A DNA stretch of 38,345 nt from an uncultured Alphaproteobacteria bacterium (GTDB taxonomy: Bacteria; Pseudomonadota; Alphaproteobacteria; HIMB59; GCA-002718135), in contig CACKQA010000003.1 of the NCBI GenBank assembly GCA_902602135.1, forward strand, positions 1 to 38,345. The letters are read 5' to 3'. Under the pieces are notes generated by a model. The model worked only from the letters and a program-made list of their open reading frames with translations, did no database searches and was not told the origin of the DNA. A program made the translations under genes and the position numbers. Shown one piece after another: positions 18,386 to 28,850 of this stretch. Position 1 is the first letter of the stretch. Each line of letters opens with the position of its first letter.

Positions 18386-20998
18386 ATGAATTTAAGTGAA
18401 AAAATATCTTTAATACTTGTAGATAAAGGTTTTTCTTTGTCTCCAAAAAAAAATACTGAAGATTTAATCAATTCTAGCACAGAATTTCACAAAAGTAATG
18501 AAGACATCAAAATTGCAGAACAGCATGGTATTGCAGATCAAATTTTTATTCTTTTAAAAGGTGAAGCTGAATATGTAAAATATCATAATAATGTTTTTTA
18601 TAAGTTAGCAACATTAAAGAATGCAGGGTCACCTCTTGGTATTTCAGGCTTAAATGCGCCAGGTAGATATATGTCAGATATATTTATTAAAGGTAATTCA
18701 GAATATATTTCTATCAAAATAGAAAAGTTAAAAGAATTGGAAGAAGTAGATCCGGACTATGCAAGTTTTTTTTATTCTTTTTTATTATTTGAATCAATTA
18801 ATTTAATATGGTCATCTCGCAATTTAGAAAAACCTATTGAACACAAAAACATTAATTTAGCAGATGGTGTTAAAACTGGTGGAGATATTGTAAATACCAA
18901 AAGAATTAAAAATTCAGCATTTTTAGCTTTTCTTGATGATAACGATTTAGATGAATTAATACATTACGCAAACGTTAGATTATTTTCATCTGGTGAATTT
19001 ATAACATTAGAAGGTAAAAATTCTGATGGAATAAATATTTTGTTAAAAGGTAAGGTTGAAGCCTCTTTTACAAATTTAAAAGATGACCAATTAGAAAACA
19101 ATTCAAGATCAATAGCTAGACCAGGAGTAGCATTATCCTTATCTTCAGGATTACATGAAATTGAATCACCCTACTCCTTAAAAGCAACAAGAGATACAAC
19201 GATATTAAAATTCTCAAATGAATTTATTGATAATTTAATCAAAACTAATCCAGAATTGGCAATCAAATTTTTTAAAAGACAATTATGGCAATTAGGACGC
19301 TATATTCAAAGTTCAACAGGCTTAACAACCTATCCAGCTAAAAATGAAAAAGAGTTTTTTCAATATTTATTAAATGATAATTCTGCAACAATACCAAGTA
19401 ATTCCAAACTTTATACAATACCTCATTTATTAGAAAATCATTTAACTCATTCGTTAGCATTCGATACAATTTATGATTTAATTATCGCAGGTAATGATGA
19501 TGAAAAATCTATAGCTAGTTTAATGATTGATGCATTGAGTGGTATAGAAAGAAAAAATAGATTTTTCAAACAACTAAACAAAATATACAACAGAGTAGCA
19601 AATTCATATGATTCAATAAATAAACAAGCATTACAAAAATTAACAAATTCAGATTTTATAAAAGCTTTTGATCAAGTACCTTATGTTATTAAAGGAATGG
19701 AGAATTTACCTGATGAAGCCACAAACATATTTTTTTATAATCATTTGGCAAGCATTGAAGAAAATGGTTTAGCTAATGGACATCAATTTAGTATAGATAG
19801 TCACTTTATAAGTGCAAAAATTTTATTTCCAAAATATGGTGATGGTGGTCAAAGAATTGCTCGATATTCTAGAAATACAGAATTCTGGAGATATAATTAT
19901 TATGAGAATTTAGATTATATTTTCGTCCATACACCAGAATCAGATTATTTAAATGAAACTCAAGAACAAAAAAAGAAAAGAAAAAATAAATTATTTATCG
20001 AAACTCAAAATATTTTTGACCAAAACAGACCTTTAGTTATAGCACCAGAAGGTACATCTGAAACTGAAAATAATTTAACTCCAAATTCCCCAGGCCCATT
20101 AAAACCAGGTGCATTTTTATTAGCAAATCAATTAAAACCAGAGCCCCTTCTTGTTCCAATTGCATTAGCAAATTTTGATTATTCAATTTCTGATACTATT
20201 TATTCAGCAGTTATTAAAGAACCAATAAAAATAAAAGATTTTGTAAATGATATGAAAAATAAAAAAGAGTTAGAAAATTTTTTATCTAAATATAGAAAAA
20301 CTTTTAGAACATATGTTGAGGAAGCAATTGAATTAGCAAAATCTGCTTCAAAAAATAAAATTAATTATGAAGATGTGGTTAGTAACTTAAATTTAGTAAG
20401 CCCTATTGAAGAAGAATTTGAAGCAGACGTGAGAGAATTAGAAATTAAATTACATTCAGATCAATATAAAAATAACAAAATAGTCTTATTTGGAAGTTCA
20501 ACATTTAGAGATTGGGAAAATGCAAAAACTGATTTGTCATTTAATAGTTTATTAAATTTAGGATTTGGTGGTTCCACATTAGTATCATGCCGAACCTATT
20601 TTAATAGAATAGTAGTCCCAAATAATCCTGACAAGATGATTTTTTATGCAGGTGATAATGATATAGGAAGCGGAATGAGTGCTGAAGATCTAGAAAATGA
20701 ATTTTTATTATTTGCTTCTGAAGTTAATGAAAAATTACCTCATACCTTATGTTTTTTTGTTTCTATTAAGCCAAGTGTATTTAGGAATAATTATTTAAAT
20801 ACAATATTAGATGCAAATGAACGAATTAAAAACAAAATTGAGAATTTTAGTCAATGGCGCTATATTGATCTTTGCTCTCCTATGCTTGATGCTGGATTTG
20901 AAAAATTTTATTCAGAAGATCCATTACACATGAATGTACTTGGTTACAGTCTCTTAAGTAAATTAATTAGAGATGAAATCTCGAAATTTACAATTTAA
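18386..20998 (+). CDS. Multidomain protein: 2x cNMP-binding domains + PlsC-like acyltransferase + SGNH/GDSL hydrolase
   Basis: cNMP-like FILLKGEAE and NILLKGKVE; acyltransferase KGMENLP...YNH, APEGT and LVPIA; SGNH blocks FGSST, NLGFGGS, YAGDND and DPLH. Confidence 0.75.
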   Translation: MNLSEKISLILVDKGFSLSPKKNTEDLINSSTEFHKSNEDIKIAEQHGIADQIFILLKGEAEYVKYHNNVFYKLATLKNAGSPLGISGLNAPGRYMSDIFIKGNSEYISIKIEKLKELEEVDPDYASFFYSFLLFESINLIWSSRNLEKPIEHKNINLADGVKTGGDIVNTKRIKNSAFLAFLDDNDLDELIHYANVRLFSSGEFITLEGKNSDGINILLKGKVEASFTNLKDDQLENNSRSIARPGVALSLSSGLHEIESPYSLKATRDTTILKFSNEFIDNLIKTNPELAIKFFKRQLWQLGRYIQSSTGLTTYPAKNEKEFFQYLLNDNSATIPSNSKLYTIPHLLENHLTHSLAFDTIYDLIIAGNDDEKSIASLMIDALSGIERKNRFFKQLNKIYNRVANSYDSINKQALQKLTNSDFIKAFDQVPYVIKGMENLPDEATNIFFYNHLASIEENGLANGHQFSIDSHFISAKILFPKYGDGGQRIARYSRNTEFWRYNYYENLDYIFVHTPESDYLNETQEQKKKRKNKLFIETQNIFDQNRPLVIAPEGTSETENNLTPNSPGPLKPGAFLLANQLKPEPLLVPIALANFDYSISDTIYSAVIKEPIKIKDFVNDMKNKKELENFLSKYRKTFRTYVEEAIELAKSASKNKINYEDVVSNLNLVSPIEEEFEADVRELEIKLHSDQYKNNKIVLFGSSTFRDWENAKTDLSFNSLLNLGFGGSTLVSCRTYFNRIVVPNNPDKMIFYAGDNDIGSGMSAEDLENEFLLFASEVNEKLPHTLCFFVSIKPSVFRNNYLNTILDANERIKNKIENFSQWRYIDLCSPMLDAGFEKFYSEDPLHMNVLGYSLLSKLIRDEISKFTI

Positions 20999-21012
20999 AC
21001 TTAAATAAAAAA

Positions 21013-22035
21013 TTAAATTTTAATTTCTTTTCTTAGTTTATCTGATTTATATGAATTGAAGACTAATGATAAACTCTTTATGTTATCTTCACCACTGGTG
21101 TCGTGTTCAATATTATTTATTAGTGAATCAATGAAATGTTTGTGCGTATTGATTACACTTTCTTGAATTTGATCCCAAGGTTTTGAAATCCATTTATATT
21201 TCTTTGGTTTTCCATCATAAATCTTCTTCTTATTATTTTTGTGAAGAGTAATTTTGTAATTATAGTCCAAATCAATTGAGCCGTTAGAGAATTCTAAATT
21301 AACTAGTGTTTGAGCAAATCTGTCTGGTTTTTTTATTGAAGAAATAGATGCATCAACAATAGTAATGCTGTTATTTTTATTTTTTATCAGGGATATAAAA
21401 TCGGTTTCACCTTTAAATTTATTATTTGTATTTTGATTTACTGTATAAATACTTTTTGCTTCTCCCATAAAAAATCTACTTAAATCAAATAAATGGATTC
21501 CTACATCTAGGGTTAAATACTCTTTTAAATCGTATAAATATGTTTGATTGGTATATCCAACAGGATTTGCATGTCTAAAAGATATCTTGGCATAATGTGG
21601 TTTCGTTAACTGCTCTTTATTTATAATTTCTTTTAATTTTAATAGAGGGCTTTGCCATCTAAAATTCTCATGAACCATAAGTGGGGTTTTGTTTTTTTTA
21701 TATAAAGAAACAATTTTTTTTGCATTTGATAAATTTTCAGCAAATGGCTTTTGTATAGAAGTTGGAATTTTATACTTAGATAAAATTTTTCCAATATTTA
21801 AGTGTGTCTCCATTGTTGTGACAACATCAACAAAGTCAATTTTATGTTTTTTTAACATTTCTTCTATAGATGAATAAGAATGCAAAATGTTAAATTTAGA
21901 TTTAAATTTATTAGCTTTTTTTATATCTAAATCACAAACACATATTATTTCAATATTTCTTAATTCTTTCCAAGCTAAAATATGATTTTCAGCAAAGAAA
22001 CCACAACCAATTAATGCTCCTTTTAATTTTTTCAT
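21013..22035 (-). CDS. apsD: Gfo/Idh/MocA oxidoreductase, D-apiose dehydrogenase-like
   Basis: LKGALIGCGFFA, QKPFA, LMVHENFRWQ, PWDQIQESV and TSGEDN resemble rhizobial ApsD as I recall it; adjacent to an apnL-like gene. Confidence 0.7.
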   Translation of the reverse strand: MKKLKGALIGCGFFAENHILAWKELRNIEIICVCDLDIKKANKFKSKFNILHSYSSIEEMLKKHKIDFVDVVTTMETHLNIGKILSKYKIPTSIQKPFAENLSNAKKIVSLYKKNKTPLMVHENFRWQSPLLKLKEIINKEQLTKPHYAKISFRHANPVGYTNQTYLYDLKEYLTLDVGIHLFDLSRFFMGEAKSIYTVNQNTNNKFKGETDFISLIKNKNNSITIVDASISSIKKPDRFAQTLVNLEFSNGSIDLDYNYKITLHKNNKKKIYDGKPKKYKWISKPWDQIQESVINTHKHFIDSLINNIEHDTSGEDNIKSLSLVFNSYKSDKLRKEIKI

Positions 22036-23846
22036 TTATCTTCTATAAATTTTATTTCTAATGGCTCAAACGCATATGGATTTGTATCTTTTTTAAAGTT
22101 AAAAAAAGAAAAATCATTATTAAAAATTTCAGTATAATTTTTTAAATTAAGCTTATATTGATTACTAAAATTTATTTCAGGAATATTAATTTCCTTTTTT
22201 TGTTTTGATGAATTTACAAATAAATAATAATTTTTATCTTTTAGTACAATTTTTAGTCCATACACTTCGTTAACTGGATTAAATTTAAAAATTTCTGAAT
22301 TTGATAATGAAATAAGAAAATTATTTAAATGATACAATGGTCTTTTGGCATTATCTTCATTTAATATTCCGTGATACCCATAAATAGAATTAAAAGTAAA
22401 AAATTTTGATTCTTTATTTATTGATTGAATAAAAATTGCCAGTGTCCAAGTTAGTGAAAATAATTGATCATGCCTTGGATCGCTATCAGCCATTTCTAAT
22501 CTTATTTTCTTTTTATTCCTTACAAGACTTTCACCATACGGATTGAAATGCATACCAATAGAAATTGGACCAATATGAACATCGGTACTATTAGAAAAAT
22601 TTTTTAAAGTTTTAAGAATATGAGGTATAGTTTCAGGTGTATTTAACACACCAAAATCACTAGAATCATGAACAATAGGAGTGAAAGAAAAACTGACCAA
22701 ATCATAAAACATTTTTGGTCTCTTTCTATTTAATTCTGTAAAATTAGTGACCATTCCAGAAACAATTTGACTATTAGAAAATATCTTTTTCGCTATTTTA
22801 TAGTATTCATTTAATTCTGGTACTTTAGGCCATTCACCAGCTGGTTGAAAACTATTCAAATATATTTTAGGACAAATTAAAATTTTATCTAAATTAATAG
22901 TATTTTCAGCTATAAAATTATAAATTTTTGTTAACTCTTCTTCAGGATCATTAGCATGATCAACTAAAGCTACAAGAAACATATTTTTGTCAGATCTTGA
23001 AGTTACATTCTTAAAATCTTCAGTAAAATCAATAAGATAGTAATAAAAATCAAAGTTTTTTATTAAATTATCATCAGGAAGAATTGGAGAATCAATTTTT
23101 ATACCAATTTTAGGGAATTTATAGGAATTAGTATGATCAATTTTTACAATATTCTTAGATGGAAATGATCTTTGCTTTTTATTTTCTACATCTATTTTAA
23201 CAGTTTGAGAGAAATTAAACCCTCTTTTTTCTAAATATGGAAAAGGATCTAGTAAAGAACCGCTATATATTTTGTAAGAAGCATCACCCCAGTTTCTTTG
23301 ATCTTCCATTTCAAATAAAATACCCTCAAAATTAATATTAACCAACAAACTATTGTCTAAAGTATAAGTAAGGTTTTTAAATTTGAAAAATGGTTGGTCA
23401 GGTTTTATATTTTCTGGAAATTTTTTTTTCTCTTTTAAATCGTTCCCTTTTGTTACAATGATGTTTGAGCCAACATGATTTTGTAATGGAATTAATAAAT
23501 TAAAACCTATTCTATTAGTCCAAAAATCAGTTAAAAATTCTCCTTCAGAGGATAGAGTGATAGAATTTTCAGAAAATAATATAGTATTTCTTGTTTTAAG
23601 AATTTCATCTATACCATATTCTAAATCGAATATATATTCTAAAGATGTATCAAAGTTCTCTTCATAATTTATAATTTTAGGATCATAGTTATTCCAATTT
23701 TTGTCTCTTACCAAAAATGATATCATCTTTAAAATTTGAAAATTTTGAAAAGTTATATTTCGAAAAAAAAGATTATCTTTTAATAAGGTAAAATTATTAT
23801 TTGAATTTTTTATAAATTTTTCTTCTAATAATTTAGAGTTATACAT
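22032..23846 (-). CDS. apnL: D-apionate lactonase-like protein
   Basis: ISFLVRDKNW, TNRIGF, FEMEDQRNWGDASYK, FTELNRKRP, IVH and NPYG. Start moved to the ATG at 23846. Confidence 0.75.
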   Translation of the reverse strand: MYNSKLLEEKFIKNSNNNFTLLKDNLFFRNITFQNFQILKMISFLVRDKNWNNYDPKIINYEENFDTSLEYIFDLEYGIDEILKTRNTILFSENSITLSSEGEFLTDFWTNRIGFNLLIPLQNHVGSNIIVTKGNDLKEKKKFPENIKPDQPFFKFKNLTYTLDNSLLVNINFEGILFEMEDQRNWGDASYKIYSGSLLDPFPYLEKRGFNFSQTVKIDVENKKQRSFPSKNIVKIDHTNSYKFPKIGIKIDSPILPDDNLIKNFDFYYYLIDFTEDFKNVTSRSDKNMFLVALVDHANDPEEELTKIYNFIAENTINLDKILICPKIYLNSFQPAGEWPKVPELNEYYKIAKKIFSNSQIVSGMVTNFTELNRKRPKMFYDLVSFSFTPIVHDSSDFGVLNTPETIPHILKTLKNFSNSTDVHIGPISIGMHFNPYGESLVRNKKKIRLEMADSDPRHDQLFSLTWTLAIFIQSINKESKFFTFNSIYGYHGILNEDNAKRPLYHLNNFLISLSNSEIFKFNPVNEVYGLKIVLKDKNYYLFVNSSKQKKEINIPEINFSNQYKLNLKNYTEIFNNDFSFFNFKKDTNPYAFEPLEIKFIEDK

Positions 23847-25086
23847 ATAATTTTGAAACTGATTTATAATCATTATATTCTGATATTAAATCTGATTTAT
23901 TTTTTTCATATTTTGTATTTTGGATTAAACTTAAAAAAATAAGTTCTCTTTGAGCAAAACTACCTCCAAGGTATTTAAATTGTGATTTAATTATATTTTC
24001 GTTTAATGATTCATTTGTTTTTATACTGTGAATGATTGGCTTTAAGTAATTAATATAATTTTCTTTAAAAGAATTTTCTAAATAATTTTCTTCCATTCTC
24101 TCTTCAAGTTGCTGAATATAATCTTGGTCATTATAGTATAAGTAATAAAAAATAAGATGATAATCAATGAATGGAAGTATGTGTTGATTTTTAAAATATT
24201 CAGCATAATCTTTTAATTTATCCATTCTTTCTTTAACATTCACCCCTTTGTAATGAAGTCTTAATAAAAAAGAACAAGCATTACAAAAATCTAAATAAAA
24301 AATTTCTGAAGAAGAGAAATAATTATCAAATAGTTTTAAACTTTTCTCATATTCTTGATTGTAGAATAATATTAATGATTGGTGCCACCATATATGTCTT
24401 TTTATTGGCCCGTAAATTGACCAATTAATTTTATTAAAATTATCATTGTTGTTTATTGAGTCGTTATTTTCATTATCGTGTACATGCAAAAGGGCATGCC
24501 AACTCCACAAATCATTTGATGATTGTTTTAGTGAATTTAAGGCTAAAAGCTTAGCTTTATCAATTATATTATTTTCTTCAAAAGCATAGCTAGTCATCCC
24601 TAATAGTAAATTATAATGCTGATCATTTTCAGACCACTTACTTAGTATTTCCTCATGTTTATTTAAAAATTTACTATCAATACCCAAGAAAATATTATTA
24701 AAATGAAATAATCTAATTGCAAAAATATCTTTGGGATTATCTTTTATGATTAATTCCAATTTAATTAATAAATTTTTTAAATCATTTTTAATCCATAGAT
24801 TTACTATCTCTAAATATTGATGAAAATAATCATTTACTTCATCAGTGGAAATTGATTTGAATGTTTCTCTAGCTAATGAAATTTTTTGTACATCTCTAGA
24901 AAAAAGCAATAAAACTATTTTTAATAATTTTGGAGCATTAAATTCTGGTTTTTTTTTAATTAATTTGTTAGTTTTATAAAAAGCATCTTTCTTAAAATAA
25001 ATATATGAATCGATACATTCTTTGAAACTATTTATTTCATCATCTTTATTACTATCTATCCATTTATAAAAATAATTATTTTGCAT
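23839..25086 (-). CDS. TTC38-like tetratricopeptide-repeat protein
   Basis: WSWHALLHV, HIWWH, LLRL and GGSFAQRE motifs. Confidence 0.7.
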   Translation of the reverse strand: MQNNYFYKWIDSNKDDEINSFKECIDSYIYFKKDAFYKTNKLIKKKPEFNAPKLLKIVLLLFSRDVQKISLARETFKSISTDEVNDYFHQYLEIVNLWIKNDLKNLLIKLELIIKDNPKDIFAIRLFHFNNIFLGIDSKFLNKHEEILSKWSENDQHYNLLLGMTSYAFEENNIIDKAKLLALNSLKQSSNDLWSWHALLHVHDNENNDSINNNDNFNKINWSIYGPIKRHIWWHQSLILFYNQEYEKSLKLFDNYFSSSEIFYLDFCNACSFLLRLHYKGVNVKERMDKLKDYAEYFKNQHILPFIDYHLIFYYLYYNDQDYIQQLEERMEENYLENSFKENYINYLKPIIHSIKTNESLNENIIKSQFKYLGGSFAQRELIFLSLIQNTKYEKNKSDLISEYNDYKSVSKLYV

Positions 25087-25128
25087 TTACTAATAATACA
25101 CATAATCTAACGATGTTAAATATTAATA

Positions 25129-26019
25129 TTATGAATTAATATTTAATCTCTTTCTTGTAATTTCTTTATTTAATTGAAGTTCTCTGTATGAAATTAGAAG
25201 CACACCACAAAAAATTACAGAAGCACCTAACCAGGTATAAAAATCAGGTTTATCACTAAAGACAAAATATCCAATTATTGATGAAACTACTAATCCTAAA
25301 AATGAATAAGGTTGAGTCATAGTTACATCAACTAATTTATATGCATGATTTAATGCAATATGTAATATAGTTCCTGACATTGCAGCACATAATATAAAAA
25401 TAATTGTTTTTAAGCTTGGCTGATCCCAAAAATATATAACTAATGGAAATGAAAAAAGACTCATATAAACATACTGGTGTGATAATATTGTTATAGCACT
25501 ATCATCCTTAGATACTTTTTTAGTTAAAATTATAACTACTGACCAAATTAGCGATGAAATAAGCGCCATATATATTCCAATAGAAATATCTATAATACCG
25601 GGTCGCAATATTATTAACATTCCTAGAAAACCCATCACTAATGCAATTGACCTATACAAATAGATTTTTTCTTTTAAAAATATCACAGCTAAGATTGTAA
25701 CAATGATAGGAACTATAAAATGAATGGCTGTCATTTTCTCTAATGGAAGCATAGCTAAAGCTGCAAAACCTAGTAGCATTGCAGGTAAGTTTAGTGCTGA
25801 CCGTAAAATATGAATTTTTAAATTTTTTGTACTAAATACTTCAAATTTTGTTTTTAAAATGTAGGGGATGATGATTAAAAATCCAAAGAAAAAACGTAAA
25901 AAACCAGTTGTAAATACATTTAATTCTTCTTGAGCTAATTTTATAAATGTACCCATAAGAGTACCAAAAATAATTGATATAATAATTAAAAAAATTGCAA
26001 ATTGATTATTGTTTAACAA
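25129..26019 (-). CDS. DMT/EamA family transporter
   Basis: About 10 TM helices; FLKEKI and ILRPG. Confidence 0.85.
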   Translation of the reverse strand: MLNNNQFAIFLIIISIIFGTLMGTFIKLAQEELNVFTTGFLRFFFGFLIIIPYILKTKFEVFSTKNLKIHILRSALNLPAMLLGFAALAMLPLEKMTAIHFIVPIIVTILAVIFLKEKIYLYRSIALVMGFLGMLIILRPGIIDISIGIYMALISSLIWSVVIILTKKVSKDDSAITILSHQYVYMSLFSFPLVIYFWDQPSLKTIIFILCAAMSGTILHIALNHAYKLVDVTMTQPYSFLGLVVSSIIGYFVFSDKPDFYTWLGASVIFCGVLLISYRELQLNKEITRKRLNINS

Positions 26020-26114
26020 ATAATATTCCTAGTTAAAAAGAATTAGGATAATCATAACACAATTTTTCCTTATTTATATCTCTATTAAAACAAAATTTGA
26101 TTATATTTAAAAGA

Positions 26115-26192
26115 TTGTGGCACTTATTAAAAGAATAGTTCTTTTTTTCATATCTTTAATTTTCATTATAATTCTCCTTGTAGGTGCCACGA
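26115..26192. repeat. Inverted repeat / long-loop hairpin element 1 (GTGGCAC...GTGCCAC)
   Basis: TTGTGGCACTTA (26115-26126) pairs with TAGGTGCCACGA (26181-26192), using two G-U pairs on the plus strand; 54-nt loop. Confidence 0.65.
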
Positions 26193-26212
26193 CTTCATTT
26201 TAAGATTAGAAA

Positions 26213-26632
26213 ATGTTAAATCTACAAGATGAATTGATAATTTCTAATAATGGACAGGGAATGTATGAAATTACAAATAATGTTCATGATTGGATTCTAA
26301 AAAATAATATAATTAAAGGTCAGCTAAATTTATTTATACAACACACTTCTGCTTCATTAACAATAATGGAAAATGCTAGCCCTGATGTATTAGATGATAT
26401 TAATTCTTTTTTTCAAAGAATAGTTCCTGAAGATGCTTCATTATATAAACACGGTTATGAAGGAGATGATGATATGCCTGCTCACATAAAATCTATGCTT
26501 ACTCAAACTTCATTAACAATTCCTATAAACAATAAAGAAATGCAACTAGGTATGTGGCAAGGATTATATCTAATTGAACACAGGTACAGTAAATACAAAA
26601 GAAAAATAATTCTTAGTTATATAGGTGAGTAA
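26213..26632 (+). CDS. yjbQ: YjbQ/UPF0047 family (secondary thiamine-phosphate synthase)
   Basis: HTSASL, ENASPDV, EGDDDMPAHIK and LGMWQG. Confidence 0.9.
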   Translation: MLNLQDELIISNNGQGMYEITNNVHDWILKNNIIKGQLNLFIQHTSASLTIMENASPDVLDDINSFFQRIVPEDASLYKHGYEGDDDMPAHIKSMLTQTSLTIPINNKEMQLGMWQGLYLIEHRYSKYKRKIILSYIGE

Positions 26633-26633
26633 A

Positions 26634-27821
26634 TTATACTCTTACATTTTTTAAATTACTTTGATCTAAAATAATTTTTGATAAATTATTAGGTATAAAG
26701 AATGAAGCGATTAAAGATAGAAGAGCAAAAAAAGAACCGATTAAAAAAACTATTGAGTGAGAATTAATCCAAACAAATCCTAAAATTACTGGGATAAATA
26801 CTGCAGCTATGTGATTGATAGTAAATGAAACGCCTGCAGTACTTGCAATATCTTTTGGGTCAGCAATTTTTTGAAAATATGTATTAATTGCAATAGCTAA
26901 TGAAAAAAACATATGATCAATAATATATAAACCTGTTGCAACATAAGCATTAGTCACGAATGCATAAGATGTAAAAACAATTACGAGTCCAATATATTCA
27001 AATATTAGACATTTCTTCTCACCAAATATATTTATTAACTTTCCAATACGTTCTGCAAAAAACCAATTGAAAATATAATTAACTAAAAATAGTAAAGTAA
27101 CTTGCGATGCTGAATATCCAAATTTTTCTACCATTAAAAAAGCTGCAAAAACTACAAAAATTTGTCTTCTAGCACCTGATAAAAAAATTAAGATATAGTA
27201 AAGAGAATATTCTTTTTTTAGAATTATTTTTTTATGTTGCTTATTTCTGATTTCAAAAAAAGGAAAAGAAATAAACAAGTAAAAAGAAATAAAAATACAA
27301 ATTAATCCTGCAATTAAAAATATGAACTTATAATCTAAATTAAAGATTTCTAATAAACTCCAAATAATACAATACAAAAATAAGGACGTAATTGAGCTAA
27401 CAGCTAATAATTTTCCTAGAACTGGTGGAGCTTCTTCTTTTGAAAGCCATTGTAAACTCAAAGAATTTTTGGCTGTTTCACAATAATGAAAGCCAGTACT
27501 CATAATAATTGTTGTAAAATACAAACCATAAACAGTTGGTAAGAAACCTGTAATTGCAACACCAAAACCAGTTAAGGCTAAAGAAAAAATAGCAAAATAT
27601 TGTTCTTTAAAATAGAACAATAAAAAAATAATAGTAAATGCTAGGAAGCCAGGTATCTCTCTTATACTTTGAAGTATTCCAATTTCAACTCCAGTAAAAC
27701 TTGCTCTTTCAACTGAGAAATTATTTAATAAAACCATCCAAGTACTAAAAGCAATAGGCATGGCTATTGATGATAAAATTAGTAAAGTTATTGGATTTTT
27801 ATTATTTAATAAATTTTTCAT
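26634..27821 (-). CDS. MFS transporter
   Basis: About 12 TM helices; QSIREIPGFL, GARRQIF and FTINHIAAV. Confidence 0.85.
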   Translation of the reverse strand: MKNLLNNKNPITLLILSSIAMPIAFSTWMVLLNNFSVERASFTGVEIGILQSIREIPGFLAFTIIFLLFYFKEQYFAIFSLALTGFGVAITGFLPTVYGLYFTTIIMSTGFHYCETAKNSLSLQWLSKEEAPPVLGKLLAVSSITSLFLYCIIWSLLEIFNLDYKFIFLIAGLICIFISFYLFISFPFFEIRNKQHKKIILKKEYSLYYILIFLSGARRQIFVVFAAFLMVEKFGYSASQVTLLFLVNYIFNWFFAERIGKLINIFGEKKCLIFEYIGLVIVFTSYAFVTNAYVATGLYIIDHMFFSLAIAINTYFQKIADPKDIASTAGVSFTINHIAAVFIPVILGFVWINSHSIVFLIGSFFALLSLIASFFIPNNLSKIILDQSNLKNVRV

Positions 27822-27876
27822 AATAATTTTATGCTATTAAAATATTATCACAAAGTTTTGATTTATAATTATTAAT

Positions 27877-28788
27877 TTAGTGACCTCTATTAAATTGGTC
27901 TCGAAATCTTGAATCTTCTTTAATATATGGTCTAACCCCTATTTTTGTTTCTCTAATTATTATATAAATTCCACTTCCAACAATAATTAATGACCCTATA
28001 ATTTCATAAATATCTGGAATATCTGCAAAAAATAAATAACCTAAAATTGCTCCAGAAATTAATTGTGTATATTGAATAGGAGCAAAAACACTAGACTCTA
28101 AAAATTTTGAGGCGATTGTTAAACAATTACCCCCTATTCCACAAATAATACCGCAAAAAACAAGTATCATTAGATCATTAAATGATAATCCGATGTGGTT
28201 ATTAAAACTAAGTAATCCATTTAAAATAGTTGCTGATAAAAAAGCATAAAAAGTAAATGCTATTGATGATTGATTATTTGAATACTTTCTTACTAAAGTA
28301 ATATTTATCGCCATTAGTAATGCAGAAAAAAATAAACCAAATAGACTTAATGAAAAATGAATAGTGCCAGGTCTACTAACTATTAATACGCCAATAAATC
28401 CAACTGTTACCGCTGACCATCTTCTAATACCAACTTTTTCATCTAAAAAAAAATGGGATAACATTGTTATCATTAATGGAGCACTAAATAATATTGGGTA
28501 AATTTCACTAAATGCATGTTCTCTAAATGAATAAACTACTAAAGCTCCTGAAATTAATCCAAATAATCCTCTAAGAAGCTGTATATGAATAATATCATTT
28601 TTTAGTGAGCTCCATTTGTTTAAAAAATAAAGAGTCAATAATGTTGGTATAAAACTAAAAAGACAAATATAAAAATTTATTTGAAAAACAGAATATTCAT
28701 TAACTAGGTATTTTTTAATTATTGTATCTAAAATGACAAATATCGTGTAACCAATAAATCCAATACTAATTCCAGATAAAACATTCAT
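27877..28788 (-). CDS. DMT/EamA family transporter
   Basis: LDEKVGIRRW, SRPG and APIQY. Confidence 0.88.
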   Translation of the reverse strand: MNVLSGISIGFIGYTIFVILDTIIKKYLVNEYSVFQINFYICLFSFIPTLLTLYFLNKWSSLKNDIIHIQLLRGLFGLISGALVVYSFREHAFSEIYPILFSAPLMITMLSHFFLDEKVGIRRWSAVTVGFIGVLIVSRPGTIHFSLSLFGLFFSALLMAINITLVRKYSNNQSSIAFTFYAFLSATILNGLLSFNNHIGLSFNDLMILVFCGIICGIGGNCLTIASKFLESSVFAPIQYTQLISGAILGYLFFADIPDIYEIIGSLIIVGSGIYIIIRETKIGVRPYIKEDSRFRDQFNRGH

Positions 28789-28850
28789 ATGATTTGATTA
28801 AATTGAAGTTAATTTTTAGATGTCTTATTTCAGATTCTGATAAATAAATA

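Noticed and set aside
26116-26132. TGGCAC as a sigma-54 -24 box (also at 26183-26189 and 29801-29807)
   Set aside because: No TTGC -12 element at the required spacing in any copy.
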